From: the human T2T-CHM13v2.0 reference genome, Homo sapiens
NCBI RefSeq assembly: GCF_009914755.1
Contig: NC_060926.1
Reading direction: 5' to 3' (one strand)
DNA length: 64,000 nt
Shown: one piece after another, positions 42,942 through 56,149 of the stretch
How positions within the stretch are numbered: position 1 is the stretch's first letter
Layout of the letters: every line of letters begins with the position of its first letter
Notes under the pieces: model-generated
What the model was told of the DNA's origin: nothing
Database searches by the model: none
The model's input: only the letters and a program-made list of their open reading frames with translations
Program-made: the position numbers and the translations under genes

Positions 42942-45182
42942 TAACAATATTTTATTTCACTTATCTGTCTTGTAGTATGGTTGCCTATTTTTTTTTTTTT
43001 TTTTTTTTTGTAGTATGGTTACCTACTTTTCTCTCCAATAAACCTTGAACTCCTTGAGGCGAAGAACTCTGTCTTTTCCCCTTTGTGTTTCCAGGGCCTA
43101 TGACACACTGGCACAAAGTAGAGGCTGTGTGAGCTGGATGGGAATGGATGGGAAAGAGAAGTGGGACAGTATCTCTAAACAGGAGTTGGGAAACTTCCTT
43201 CAGTGTATGAGAACAAAAGGAGGAAAAGTTGGGCATGGATATACAAAGTCCAGGACGCCCCTGACTGATGGCTTCTGCGTACTCTGAGAGGGAGGAGGAG
43301 CTATCTTCAGTGGGTAGTGAGAGGGCGTGGGGAGTCCAATACTTTTGGGGAGCAGAAAACTTCAAAATAGTTACTGTGGGAAATAGGAGAGACAGTTGAT
43401 GGGGAAATATAAGGAGTTGGCTTGCAATACTTTTTCATCTTTTTCACTTTCTGTCCAATCTTCTATTTATTAACCTCTTTTCCCTTTTGGTTTCTTCCTT
43501 TCTCTGTTTAAAGATGCTAACATGCTTGCAGATTAAATGTACAAAAAACTTCCTCAAGCCCAAATCCCTCTCCAGAAATTGACTTCTCCCTCGCCCCTAT
43601 AAAGACAAACTCCTAAGAAGAGTTGCTGTCTTCACTTCTTGACTTTTTCCTGTCCCTTTGGACCTCACTCATTGACCGCCTTCTATTCCCTTCATTGAAA
43701 TTATTTTCAAAAAGTCCTCACGATATATCCCTCTGGCTAAACCCAGTGCAAACTTGAGGTCCTTTACTCACTTGATTTCAGAGCAGCTTTTGACTGCGCG
43801 TTCATTCGTGAAATATTCTGTTTTCTTTGCTTCCAAATTATTCCCTTATCTCTTATCTTCCACCTGATCTTAAGTGCTGGTGTCCCTCAAGGTTTTGTCC
43901 TGGGCCTTCTTTCTTCCATGTTTTCAGTTATATTGTTACACTGATGACTATAGAATCCACATCTCTAGCTCATTTATCTCTCCTTAGCTGCAGACTCATT
44001 TCCAGATGCTTCCTGGACCTCCACACCTGCATGTCCTAAACTCTTCCTGTCCAGAACTCAACTCATCACCATTCATTTGACACCTGCTTATTCCCCCACG
44101 TTCCCTAGTTTAGTGAATGGCGTCTGGCAGACAAGCTAGAAATGAGGACATCATCCCTACCTGCAAGTTCCCCATCACCATGATTTTCCCTTTTAAAACT
44201 TCTTCTCAAAACACTGCAGCACATTAATGCTGCCCTAGGCTAGCCACCAAAGTCTATTGTCTACATTACTTCAACAGATTCCGACTGGTTTCCCTATTTT
44301 CAGTTCATCTTCTCTCCCAGCCCAGATCTTTGCATTGCAGCCAGAATGACCTTTCTAAATGCAAATTTTATCATTTTCTTTCCTGCTTAAATTTTTAAAA
44401 AGATGTCCCCTTTTCCTTCTCCAGGGAGTTTAAACTTTTACCTGGCATAGAGTTGTTCATAATCTGACCATTGATTATCTCTCCTGCCTTATCTATAACC
44501 CCTTTCCCCACCACCACCGCAGCAATCTAGGCCACACCCAAATTGATCTCCTTTCAGTTTCTTGAATATACCATTGTCTCTCATCTCAACATGACACTTC
44601 TGTCTGGAAATCTCTCTCTTCCCTCCTTCTTTGCCTGGCTAACATTCGTTAATTCATTTAACAATTTTTTGTTAATGTATTGTAGTATTAGGGAGGTATT
44701 ATCCTAAACACTAAGGAGATAATAGTGAATAAAATTGAAAAGTCCCTGTCTACCAGTATCAGGACTGTGGATGTACCAATCGGCTTTTGTGTCATCTGTC
44801 ATGGCAAACATCCAACTAGGGCTCATTTTGTGGATTCTTCAGAGGTCCCCAAGGGAAACTTTTCACTATACCCTTCCCTAGGGGGAGATACTGGGTGGCT
44901 CGCCAATTTAAAGGGAGAGCTGAATGACAAAACCTTGGAGAAACAATACCCAAGAAAGCTCTAGGATCTTAAGGTCAGGAACCCTTGGATTGACTCCACC
45001 TGGTGCTAACCTTGAAATGGCTCAGTTCCTGCTAGCTTCCTAAAATTAAGATATGCTGGAGGGGAATTTCTATGTGTTTCCTTGATTAAGATTCAGATTT
45101 CTTTAAGGGTACAAAGTTTCAGTTATGCAAGATGATTAAGTTCTAGAGGTCCATGGTAGAGTATAGTGCCTATAACTAATAA

Positions 45183-45534
<352 letters not shown>

Positions 45535-46282
45535 GAGGGTGGATCTTTAAAGTGTTCTTATCTACACAAAAAATTTCAGACTCCCAGGAGAGAGAATCAG
45601 GTTGACTTAAGTAGGTTCAAATATCTACACCTATAGGTTGGATAATGGGTCTGGAAACTAGAGCTATTGTAACTACCATTACAGTGGTCTAGATAGGAGA
45701 TGATGGTAATTTGGATTATAGTTGCAGTGGAGACAGAGAAAAGTGGATGAATATGTTAATGGGCAGAAGCCATCGGGATTTATAGAATAAAGTGATTGTG
45801 AAGATAGAAGGAAAAAGGAAAGAGAATCATGAATGATGCCTAGATTTGGGGCTCAAATAACTGGTGGAAGGTGGAGCCATTTACTGAGATTGGAAGAATA
45901 TGTAAGGAGGGAGATTTATGTTAGTGGGGTTGGGGGAAAGACAGGAGAGCATGAGTCTATTTTGATCATAGTACGTTTGAGATGCGCAATCAGCCTTTGG
46001 ATATGAATCTGAAGCTCAGTGCAGCAGTGAGGTCTAAAGATGTAAATACAGGAATCTTCAGCATAGAGATGCTAAAGTCATGAGCCTAGATGATATGACA
46101 TATGGACAGATGGAAGGTAGAGAAGAGACAAAGCCCTGGGACTGAGCCCTGGGACACAGCTATACTTAGAGATTATAATAGAGGAGGAGGAGTCTGCAAA
46201 GAGGCTGAGAAGGGAGGCCAGCAAAGTAAATGAAAAAAAAAAAAAAGGAATTTCCCACCATTGTCAAAGAAGCCAGATCGTC

Positions 46283-46592
46283 AGCCTGGGCAACAAAGTG
46301 AGATCCGTTCTCTACAAAAAAATTAAAAAAAAATTAGCTGGGCATCATGGCACATGCCTGTAATCCCAGCTATTTGGGAAGCTGAGGTGGGAGGATGGCT
46401 GGAGCCCAGGAGTTTGAGGTGGCAGTGAGCCATGATTACACTACTGCCCTCCAGTCTAGATGAGAGAGTGAGATGCTATCTCTTAAAAGAAGAAGAGGAA
46501 GAAGAAGAAAAAGAGGAGGAGGAGGAGAAGAAGAAGAAGAAGGGGGGAGGGGGAGGAGAAAGAGAAGGAAAAGGAGAAGAGGGAGGAGAAGA
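46283..46592 (+). mobile_element. 5'-truncated AluJ whose tail became a GA-rich repeat
   Basis: TSD aagaagccagatc; (GAA/GAG)n at 46487-46592. Confidence 0.85.
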
Positions 46593-47049
46593 AGCCAGAT
46601 CTTATTATCAGTAACAGATCTTCTCCTGTGTGGATGCCTGTTCAATCTTGAAATGGATAATCTGCTTTAGTTGTCTTGAAGTTGGATTCACTCTTGCCCT
46701 CCCTATGTATTCGAATGTCTCTGATTTAATCCATCACTGTTCCAAGTGTCATGGATATATCACCCAACCCAGAAGGTATGTGTGGCGTCATTAACAGTCT
46801 GACCACATGCTGTCCCTCTTCTCTGTGGTGCTTATTTTCCTCTACAGGCTATCACCTGTCCAGTTAATCCTGCTCTTCTGTGTTTACGGGGGAATTTCCC
46901 CCACCTAATTCCTGTTACGGTCATGTGCTTTCTGCTGTTGATGGCCCAAGATCTGCACTATGGTTAGGCCTTTTTCTAAGCAAATAGAGTATTAGGGCTA
47001 GGCGGATGCTAAGCAATCCTACAATTCCAACCCCTTACTTTCCCCCCTA

Positions 47050-47256
47050 GCTTTATTGAGGTATAATTGACACATTAAAATTGTATGTATTTAAGGTGTA
47101 CAACTTGACGTTTTGATGTACATATACATTGTGAAATAATGACCACAATCAAGCTAACATATTGATCACCTCACCACATCAGCATCTTCAACAGATATCT
47201 GCCCTACTGTGTTTATTACAGCATTATTCACAATAGCCAATAATTGGAAACAACTA
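47050..47256. mobile_element. Short old L1 with inverted 5' segment
   Basis: Antisense L1M 3' end followed by sense L1 sequence (tgtttattacagcattattcacaatagccaa). Confidence 0.6.
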
Positions 47257-49398
47257 ATCCATTATTTTTAAGGCTAAGGAGGCTGAGGCCTAGAAATGAT
47301 CATCCTGTGCAAAGGGATGTGACGATGACATTTTAGCAGCTGTACTAGTGGAATGAATTCTTTCTGATGAATGAAATGAATTCTTTTGTATATTCTAAAC
47401 TTAAATTCATAAATGTCATAGACCAAGAGACATAAATATCTGGGGCTGAGGCAGGGGAGGTGGTTGTGTAAAGAAAATGATAACACCAGTTCTGCCACCT
47501 TTATGGCTCTATCATTAGATGGCATGAATAATATTGTAAAGTTCATGATAAATAATAACGTGCCATACACATGTGAGGCCATCTCTGTGCTCCAGATAAG
47601 ACAGGCAAATACTCGGCAATTTTCTCAAAAGTCGTTTGCACTCAAGAGAGGAGCTTATCCCCTGTTTTAAGAGCCCTCTGGCTTTAGATTTCTCAGCTCT
47701 TATGAGCACATATGGGCCTCTAGCCCCAGACTAGGGTAGCCCTTACATACAGTCAAGGGCCTTTGTGGGCTTAAGCAAGAACCCTTGAGATTCTCCCCAT
47801 ATTCTGGTATGGGCCAACTGGCTCAAACCTGCTGCTCCCTGTAAAGCAGGTGTTCCTAAAGTACCAAAAGGCACCTGAGGGTGGGAAGCTAGGCTGCATG
47901 GCAAGCTTAGTCCAGGGGCAAGCCCTGGAATGTAGCAGGGCCATTGCATGTCCTCTAGGAGGCATAAGAATGTTGGAAAGACTGATAGGTAGAACACACC
48001 ATTAAATAAATAGAGGTGAATAACACATACTCTTGAAATGAAGACAAATGCATTTTAGCTTGATTTTATTTTCTCATTTTTCCTTAGGGGACCAAGTGGC
48101 CCAGGAGTCCCACAGGTGGAATTGCTATTAATCATTATCATTTACCTTCCAGAAAGGAAAAAATGAAGTCCAATATGTGCAAGCTGTATTTCTAAATTTC
48201 AGATATATTTGGAAACCATAGCTTCATTCTTCCTAATAATTACCAACTACAGAAGGAGAGAAAAAGCTTGTAATCAGGGACGCAATGTCAGCCTTTTTGG
48301 CACTTTTGTTTAAGACATTTATCCAGCCTGAAAAAAACATTATTAGGTTTCCATTCCAGATTGGTTCCAGAGAAAGCTTTTCACTTTCCCTCCCATGACA
48401 CGGATTTTTAATATAAAACACACAGGGGCTACTGGGTAGAGAAAGGACAGAATCAGAAGGGAATTTAAAGATCTGAAATTATAATAAAGATCACTCTATA
48501 GACAAGGTGAGAATGATTTCTAAACATATCCTCTATCCCTGCCCCCGACACCTTCCGTTCCCCATTGACTGCCTTGTGTACAGATGTTGTGAGTACTCTG
48601 GGTCTAAAGGACCAATGCCAGGCAGGGGGACAAAAACTGTAATGCCTGAGGACAAACACTGAAACCAGAAACTTCACTTAGGGCAACAGGGCACAAAAGA
48701 ACCATGGCCAAATTCATCCTCCTACTCCTTCTCTCCCTTTCACCTTAGTATGGATCTTACAAATTTAACTATCTGCTATTTTTTAAAATGCTCAGTGGTG
48801 AGTTCTCATTTTAAAATAATGGTGTTATACAAGCAGCTCATGATAATCTGTATTCTGGAATAATTTGAGTCCTGTACATCCACACTCCTGCTTCCATTTC
48901 TCCTAGGACTGACAGGATCATTTTTTCCTCTTTCCCTTTATTTTTCCTTCCTCCTTCTCCTTCATTTAATTGATTCCCCACTTGTTCCCCACAGTAACAA
49001 AACATGGGTTTGAGGCTGCCTACAGAAATATGAGAAATATAAAAAAAAAAAACAACAAGAAATAGATGAAGAAATTGGGGTGAAAGGAAAATTGGATTGC
49101 AAAAATGAGAGGCAGCCAGGGGTGAGGTTAACGTTTGGCAGAAGAAATGATAAAGTTCTATTTGAAAGCCAGAGGTTGGCCACAAAGTTTGTTTTGAGCT
49201 TCTTGGATAAAAGAGGAAGTGGGATTAGTTGCCAATAGCCAGAAACATACCAGTTGCTCAGAAGAACTTTTATATACTGGTTCACATTTTATTTACCTAC
49301 TTTTGACCTTTTTATTGCTTCTCCACTCTATTGGTGGCTGAAACGAAGATGGAGCAAGATAGAAGCTGTAGGCTGATTTGAGGCTGAGCCTTTGGTAT

Positions 49399-49590
49399 AG
49401 CAGTGGTTTCTACATCAAGCTATACACTAGATTCAGCAGTGGAGGAGGAGCTTTGAAAAAATACACATCCTTGGGACCCATTCATGGAGATTATGGTTTT
49501 GTAGGTGTGGGGTGAACATGAGAAATATGAATTTTTTTCTCCAAACATATCTGCTGTAGCAAGTCCACAGCACACATTTAGAAACTGCTG
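49399..49590. mobile_element. MER5-like hAT element
   Basis: agcagtggtttct...gtaggtgtggggtg...tttagaaactgctg. Confidence 0.6.
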
Positions 49591-49615
49591 ACGTAAGATG
49601 TGGTGAGAGGTGTCA

Positions 49616-51963
49616 TGTTGCAGGCCAGGTTCTCCATGAAACAGAGATTTGCTTGCAGAAAGTTGATTGGGGGCACTCTTGCGATCGATACCTGTAAGGA
49701 GTGGAGGAAAAAAATATGGCAGAGGAAAAAGTCAGGCTGTGAAGCAATCATTGAAAAGGACTTTGGTCAATTCCAAGAAGAACTTTGGAATAGCTCTGCA
49801 TATTTGTCTGAATTAGGGTAAGGGAGACGGGACTTTGTATTTCCTCCTTGACCAGTCACTGGAGGGGAACACAATCTTGGAGGGCGTGGCCTTCTTCAAT
49901 GGAGGGAATCTCTAGAGAGGGACTCATCATGAGCTGTCTGCTGCTGATACTCTTAGCAGCTGGGGAAATGAGACCTTCAGTGCTGGAAAGTAGACTCTGG
50001 ATGGCACAAGGCAGCATACACTACAGTCCACCCCTTGACCCATTCAGATTGACTTGCTTCATATATGTTTGGGGAGCAGCCCATTTGAGATTCTGGTGGC
50101 CCTCTTTTCCTGGAGTGAACTTATAAGTAGAGGTTTAGTGGGATGAGCTATAACCCCTATGACTCTCTGTCATCCATAGGGATGCCTTATTCTTTTAAGC
50201 ATCTCCATGTCTTTCTAAGGGTTGGTCCTTCTTGGCAGCCACTCTGTCCTTGCTGTTCATTGGTCAATAATTGCTTCTACCTTGTCCCCGATGTCTAAGT
50301 TCTCCCCTCCCACATCTGTATTCTGTTGGGATCCAGTGGTCTACATTGCTGCCAGGGAGCTCAATTCTATGATAGCATCTCCTATTGTCAACCATGAACT
50401 ACAGAAGTTGCTCAACACTGAGCTTCCCAGTGATGCTGCTGCCCCTTGCACTGGGCCATTCCTTATGGGTTTGTTGATAGAACGCTTTCTGGGCCCTCTT
50501 GTGGATCAAAGTCATCTGGTGGCCTTTTCAGCTTTATCTGCTACACCCGTGATTGCCACTCTTCTGATGCTTTTAATCTTTCCTGTCACCTGTGCCACAG
50601 TAGTTCTATACTACTTAGTGTGGGCCATTGCTTTCTGTAAGCTATTAAGGATGCTCCTGGTAGCATATTATCACCATCTAACTGGGTTCTTGCCAAGGGT
50701 TGAGTCCTACTCTACTCTCATATCTATAAATTCTCCTTTATCCACTTTTATGTTCCACCCACTCCCTTAATCCTTAGAACTCAGCCCCATACATGTTCTC
50801 CTGGCCTCTGTCAATCCATGTTGTATGGGTTCTACAGCTCCTGTGGCCTGCCAGTCCTTCCTTGCTTAGCATGTCCAGCACTTCTTAGGCCAAATTTTGT
50901 TATGTAAGTTAAACTTAATTACTGTTTTAGTGGTCAGAAGGTGGGTGACCAGGGCAGATCCTGAGTGGAATCTATCTTGTCTAGCAAGAGAAAAGTCCTT
51001 CTGCCTTGTAGTCCATCAAGAGGGACATTGAAAAGAAAGAGGAGGCCACTTCTGCAGAAGATTCAGAAAAATCTGGGGACTCAGATTAAATGCATCAACG
51101 CCAAGCATTTCCATTTCATATCTCAAGGTTCCGTTCCTTCCTAATCAGGGTCTTGACCTGGGTATATAGACCTGCCAGGAATCTTGAGGTATTGGGAGTG
51201 ATGCAACTCTTATTCTTATAAATCTTGGGCTTGATCATCAATTTTGTCTGTCTTGCAGTGGCAGGAAATGAGAGTCACTTGATGATGCTGCAAAGCCGCC
51301 TTTGGCTTTTGCACTCAATCTAAATTATTGATGAATTACCCATATGATGCCTATTTCCTCCATGTTTCTCAAATGCCTCATACATTGGACCTGCTAAACA
51401 TTTCGTTTCACTAGCATATGGTGCTGGCTCACCATCAGTGAAAGTCTTCCCTCACACTGGCATCTAACTGCCATTGGTGACAGCCATCATTATTGCTGCC
51501 TGGCTCATGGGTGATCCAGCTCCAACATCTTATTTGTGAGCCATTGTTTTGAGCACTCCTAACACCCTACCTGCTGCAGATCAGGTTCCCTGGGAGGTGG
51601 TAATCTTTGGATCAACCTTTGTGGGAAAGAGAAGAAAGCAAAAGTGGATAGAGGAAGAAACTGGTCTGTGAGGCATTCACAACCAAGACCTCAGCCCATT
51701 CCATTGTTTGCTCTGCAGCTGTGGCCACTCTGTATCATCATCCCCAATTGGGGCAAGGGGCCCAGCCTTTGTATACCTGACCAGTCATTCACTGGGGGCT
51801 GCTCCCAGGCAGGTGATGAGCCTAGGTTTAGCAGAGAACAATCTCTGCAGCAGGACCCAATTATGAGCTGTCAGCTACCAATACGCCCAGGAGCTGGGAA
51901 AATGAGTGTCTTAGTCCTGAAAGGGAGGAGATATTTGGATGGCCCAACACAATGTCCACTACA
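49616..51963 (-). mobile_element. Ancient ERVL-class provirus remnant: two LTR16-like LTRs (49616-50025, 51571-51963) plus internal sequence
   Basis: Both LTRs end (plus strand) in cagctggg(g/a)aa(a)tgag..c(a/c)actaca; PPT-like AAGGGGTGGAC next to the left LTR. Confidence 0.7.
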
Positions 51964-53377
51964 GAAAGAAAAGCAAGTTAGGGCTTTGAACTTTGAGTCA
52001 CTTACAGAAAACATACAAAGTCTGATCTGTTTGCTGCTATAAGGACAAATATCATAGAGCTGTCTGAGATTAAGACTTAGAATGCTAATATAAATGTGGA
52101 AAGATGAAGGAGAAATCATTAGATGACATTTTGGTTATACAAATCCAAAAATGTCTCCTGATGGTGATCATTTCTTTAAAAGTCTTCTCTTTTCTCAGTC
52201 TAAGAGAGCCTGTGGTTATTAATTGAAGTTCCCCCAGGTCTCTATTCTGAAAGCACTCTGGTCCATCTTCTTAGAGAATACAAGCATCAGCAGGTGTGTT
52301 ACCTGTCCTCCAGGTAGGCAGATTGCAAGGCTATTCACAGCTTGATCAATTGTTAATCCGGCCACTGATTTAATGAGAGTTGATTAAGGGTGCAGAAGGG
52401 AAAGAAGGAAGGAGAACAATACCACATTAAATATACTTATAAATTATAGGATGCATCTCAATTTCAGAAATGTTAAAATGTGTGTAATTATGTGCCTCAG
52501 GAAGGGAACAATACAGTATGAGATAGGAGTAAATGTTATGATAAAAATGGAGAAAATATGGGAAAAGCCATGGAGAGACCATTCCAGAAAAAGCAGGAAA
52601 AACCTCAGGGGAGAGGTACAATTTGAATAGGGCCTTGAAGAAAAAAAAATATGACACACTTACATATGTGTGTAATTCTGCGGTCGCTGACCTTTGAACC
52701 ATCTATATTTATCCATTTAGGCTGGTCTAATCTGGCAGATAAAATCACATTTTTCTGTTGCATTCTTTGTTTTAGCTGAGTCTCCTAGTATATTAAATTT
52801 GTAGGGATCTAATTATTGATCCACTTACATTGTATTTTTATTCAACAATTTAAACGATATTTGCATATATATCATGTTATGGTGTCAAGAGACCTTACAG
52901 CAAGGGAAACCTATTAAAATATCAGTAAAGCAAATGGTGTTTACATTTGCTTTGCTACTTGTTAACATTTGCCAGTTGAGTGTTGTAGTCTCCTAGTAAC
53001 AACAGGGACAAAATAATAATTTTGTAGCCAGTATTACATACTTACCTCAAATTCACAGTAAAGCGTTAGAGATAAAGTAATTCCCAGTTACCACCACATT
53101 TCATATTTGTGAGTAGTAGAACTAGATAAGGAGGAAATAACATTAAATGATGAAATCACAATATTTTGGCAAACCTTAAAGCATTTTTTTCATTTAAAAT
53201 GCTTCTTTCTTCTGCTTATAGAATTAGTACAAGCTCATTGTAAGAAATTTAGAAAATATAGACAAATGAGGATTGGGATGAATTATTCATGTATACTTCT
53301 CAGTAAGGTAGGAACAGCAATTTGGCAATTGAAAATTGGAACAATGCCACCATGAAGTGACTTTTGAATGTTATGAT

Positions 53378-53402
53378 ACACACACACACACACACACACA
53401 CA
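53378..53402. repeat. (CA)n microsatellite
   Basis: CA run. Confidence 0.95.
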
Positions 53403-54878
53403 CTCTTCATTCTATAGCTCAAGTCTTCTAGAAAACAGTAATAAGACTGCCTTGCCCCCTCATTCCTTCCTTCCTCCCCTCCTTTTTGATCTTTCTGAAT
53501 AAACTAACCCCTTGTGAATAACATGAAATCCACTTTTACAAGGTTTATCAAACAAGGAGCCATGTGCTATACTAGGACTTGTGAGGCAGTTTTGAGAATA
53601 ACAAGACATTCAAGATGATTTCAAAGCTGGTGTCACTGTATTATCCTGAAAACAATTGTTTTTCCCAAGAAGAAATGCCAAATATTGGCCATGACACTTC
53701 AGAATTGTTTTAGAGCGGCACTCTTAGATGTCATAGTTATGGTGATGTATAATGGAAAATAAGATTTGTTGATTTAGGAAAACCGCATTACATATAAAAA
53801 CATCCATTTGTAACCATTTGGCTAGTCTGTCTTTAAAGGCATTTGATCACATCTACTAAATCTCTCTAAAACAAAATCTCTCTTGTGTTAGTTGTGGGTC
53901 TGCCCTGTAAATCTTATTGGAAAGAGTTAAGATACAAATGATCAGTGAGTGGAAGTGGAACTTTGGGTCATATATCTATGTAGTGAATACTGATGGTATG
54001 ACAGAACAAGAGCATGGCTCTTGAAAGTGAGCTGTATTATGGAGGCAGATGGACAACTGAGTATATGTCATTCACCATAACTTAGTCTAAACTAATTACC
54101 TAATGTAAGAAACAGATGTCCGGAGAGCCTCATAAACAGAAATGATATATGGATGACTTTATATTGTGGCTAGAATGATGGCAGCTATTAAAATGCCATT
54201 GATCTCCAAAAATAGAAAAAAAAGTATGTCAAATAGTATTTTATAATTATTTTTTCTCTCAGAATTTAAAACATCATATTACCAGTAACATGACCCATGC
54301 ATATTAGTAACCATAAAATAGGGCTATTTGTGAGATTGCTTACTCTGCATAGGTCATCAGGGTACTTTATTTAAATTATTGCTCCTCTGGATGGAATTGT
54401 ATTCCAGTGACCTGCAAACATAAATGCACCTCTGAAGGTTTCCAGTGCCCAGGCAGAATCTGTTCTTACGAACAATGCAATGTTTGCTGTATCCATAAAA
54501 GGAAGCCAATGAGAAAACTAAGACCTGCTCTAAGAGGAATAAAGTCAGCTTCTTAACTTCCAATTTGGTTTGGGAGATCTATCTCCCATAGATCATGTTA
54601 CTGATAAATATAGTGACTGCACATTAGTCTTAATTTAGGATCTCTGATTTGATCAAACAGCAGCTTATATATTTTAATAAATCAGATCTTCCACTACTTT
54701 CTGCTTCCTTTTATTTCACATTAGAGAAGTATAAAGAACGATATAAAACAAACATAGTTACTAACCACCAAGATTTAATAAATGCTAATGTTTTGCCACA
54801 TTTGCTTCAGATCTTGGGGTGGGGATTGGGGACAGTGGGAAGAACAAAACACTCTAGGTAAAGTTTGGAAGGACTTTT

Positions 54879-56140
54879 CTTTTTTTTTCTTTTGTTTTTT
54901 GAATTTTTATTTTAGTTTCAGGGGTACATGTGCAGGTGTGTTATTTAGGTAAACACGTGTCATGGGGGTTTGTTGTACCGATTATTTCATTACTCAGGTA
55001 CTAAGCCTAGTACCCAAGAGTTATTTTTTCTGATTCTCTCCCTCCATCTACACTCCACCCTCAAGTAATCTTCAGTGTCTGTTGTTCCCTTCTTTGTGTC
55101 CATGTGTTCTCATCATTTAGCTCCCACTTATAAGTGAGAACATGTGGTATTTGGTTTTCTGTTTCTGTGCTACTTCGCTTAGGATGATGGCCTCCTGTTC
55201 CATCCATGTTCCTGCAGAGGACATGATCTCATTCTTTTTTAGGGCTGCATAGTATTCCATGGTGTATATGTACCACATTTTGTTTATCCAGCCTACTATT
55301 GGTGGGCATTTAGGTTGATTCCATGTGTTTGCTATTGTGAGTAGTGCTGCAATGAACATATGCGTGCATGTATCTACGGTAGAATGATTTCTATTCCTTT
55401 GGGTATATAATGGTAGTTCCATTTTCAGCTCTTTGAGAAATTACCACACTGCTTTCCACAATGGCTGTGGAAAGTGATTTACCCTCCCACCAACAGTGCA
55501 TAAACATTCCCTTTTCTCTGCAACCTTGCCAGCATCTCTTATTCTGTTATTTTTTGACTTTGTAATAATAGCCATGCTTTATGGTGTGAGATGGTATCTC
55601 ATGTTGGTTTTGATTTGCATTTCTCTAATGGTCAATGATGTTGAGCCTTTTCTTCGTATGCTTGTCGTCTGCATATATGTCTTTTGAAAAATGTCTGTTC
55701 GTGTCTTTGCCCACTTTTTAATAGGGCTGTTTATTTTTTTTCTTGTAGATTTTGTTTAAGTTCCTTATAAATGCTGGATATTAGACTGTTGTCTGATGCA
55801 TAATTTGCGAATATTTTCTCCCATTTTGTAGGTTATCTGTTTACTCCCTTGATAGTTTCTTTTGCTGTGCAGAAGCTCTTAAGTTTAAGATCCCATTTGT
55901 CAATTTTTGCTTTTGTTGTGATTGCTTTTGACATCTTCATCATGAAATCTTTGCCCATGCCTGTCCTGAATGGTATTGCCTAGGTTGTCTTCCGGGGTTT
56001 TTGTAGTTTTGCATTTTACATTTAAGTCTTAATCCATCTTGAGTTAGTTTTTGTATATGGTGTAAGGAAGGGGTCCAGTTTCAATCTTCTGCATATGGCT
56101 AGCCAGTTATCCCAGCACAATTTAATGAATAGGGAATCCA
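54879..56140 (-). mobile_element. L1PA/PB-type 3' fragment (~1.25 kb)
   Basis: ORF2 C-terminal-like peptide (TCTHMFIAALLTIANTWNQPKCP..WINKMWYIYTMEYY); TSD ggaaggacttt. Confidence 0.9.
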
Positions 56141-56149
56141 GGAAGGACT

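Noticed and set aside
46432-46670. Glu/Lys/Arg-rich ORFs
   Set aside because: Translations of the GA-rich Alu tail
48088-48116. GPSGPGVPQ collagen-like micro-exon
   Set aside because: Poor donor (gtggaa) and no other Gly-X-Y exons nearby
50222-50770. Longest ORF in the window (182 aa, + strand, hydrophobic)
   Set aside because: Antisense to the internal part of the LTR16-type ERV remnant; non-ATG start and no recognisable domain
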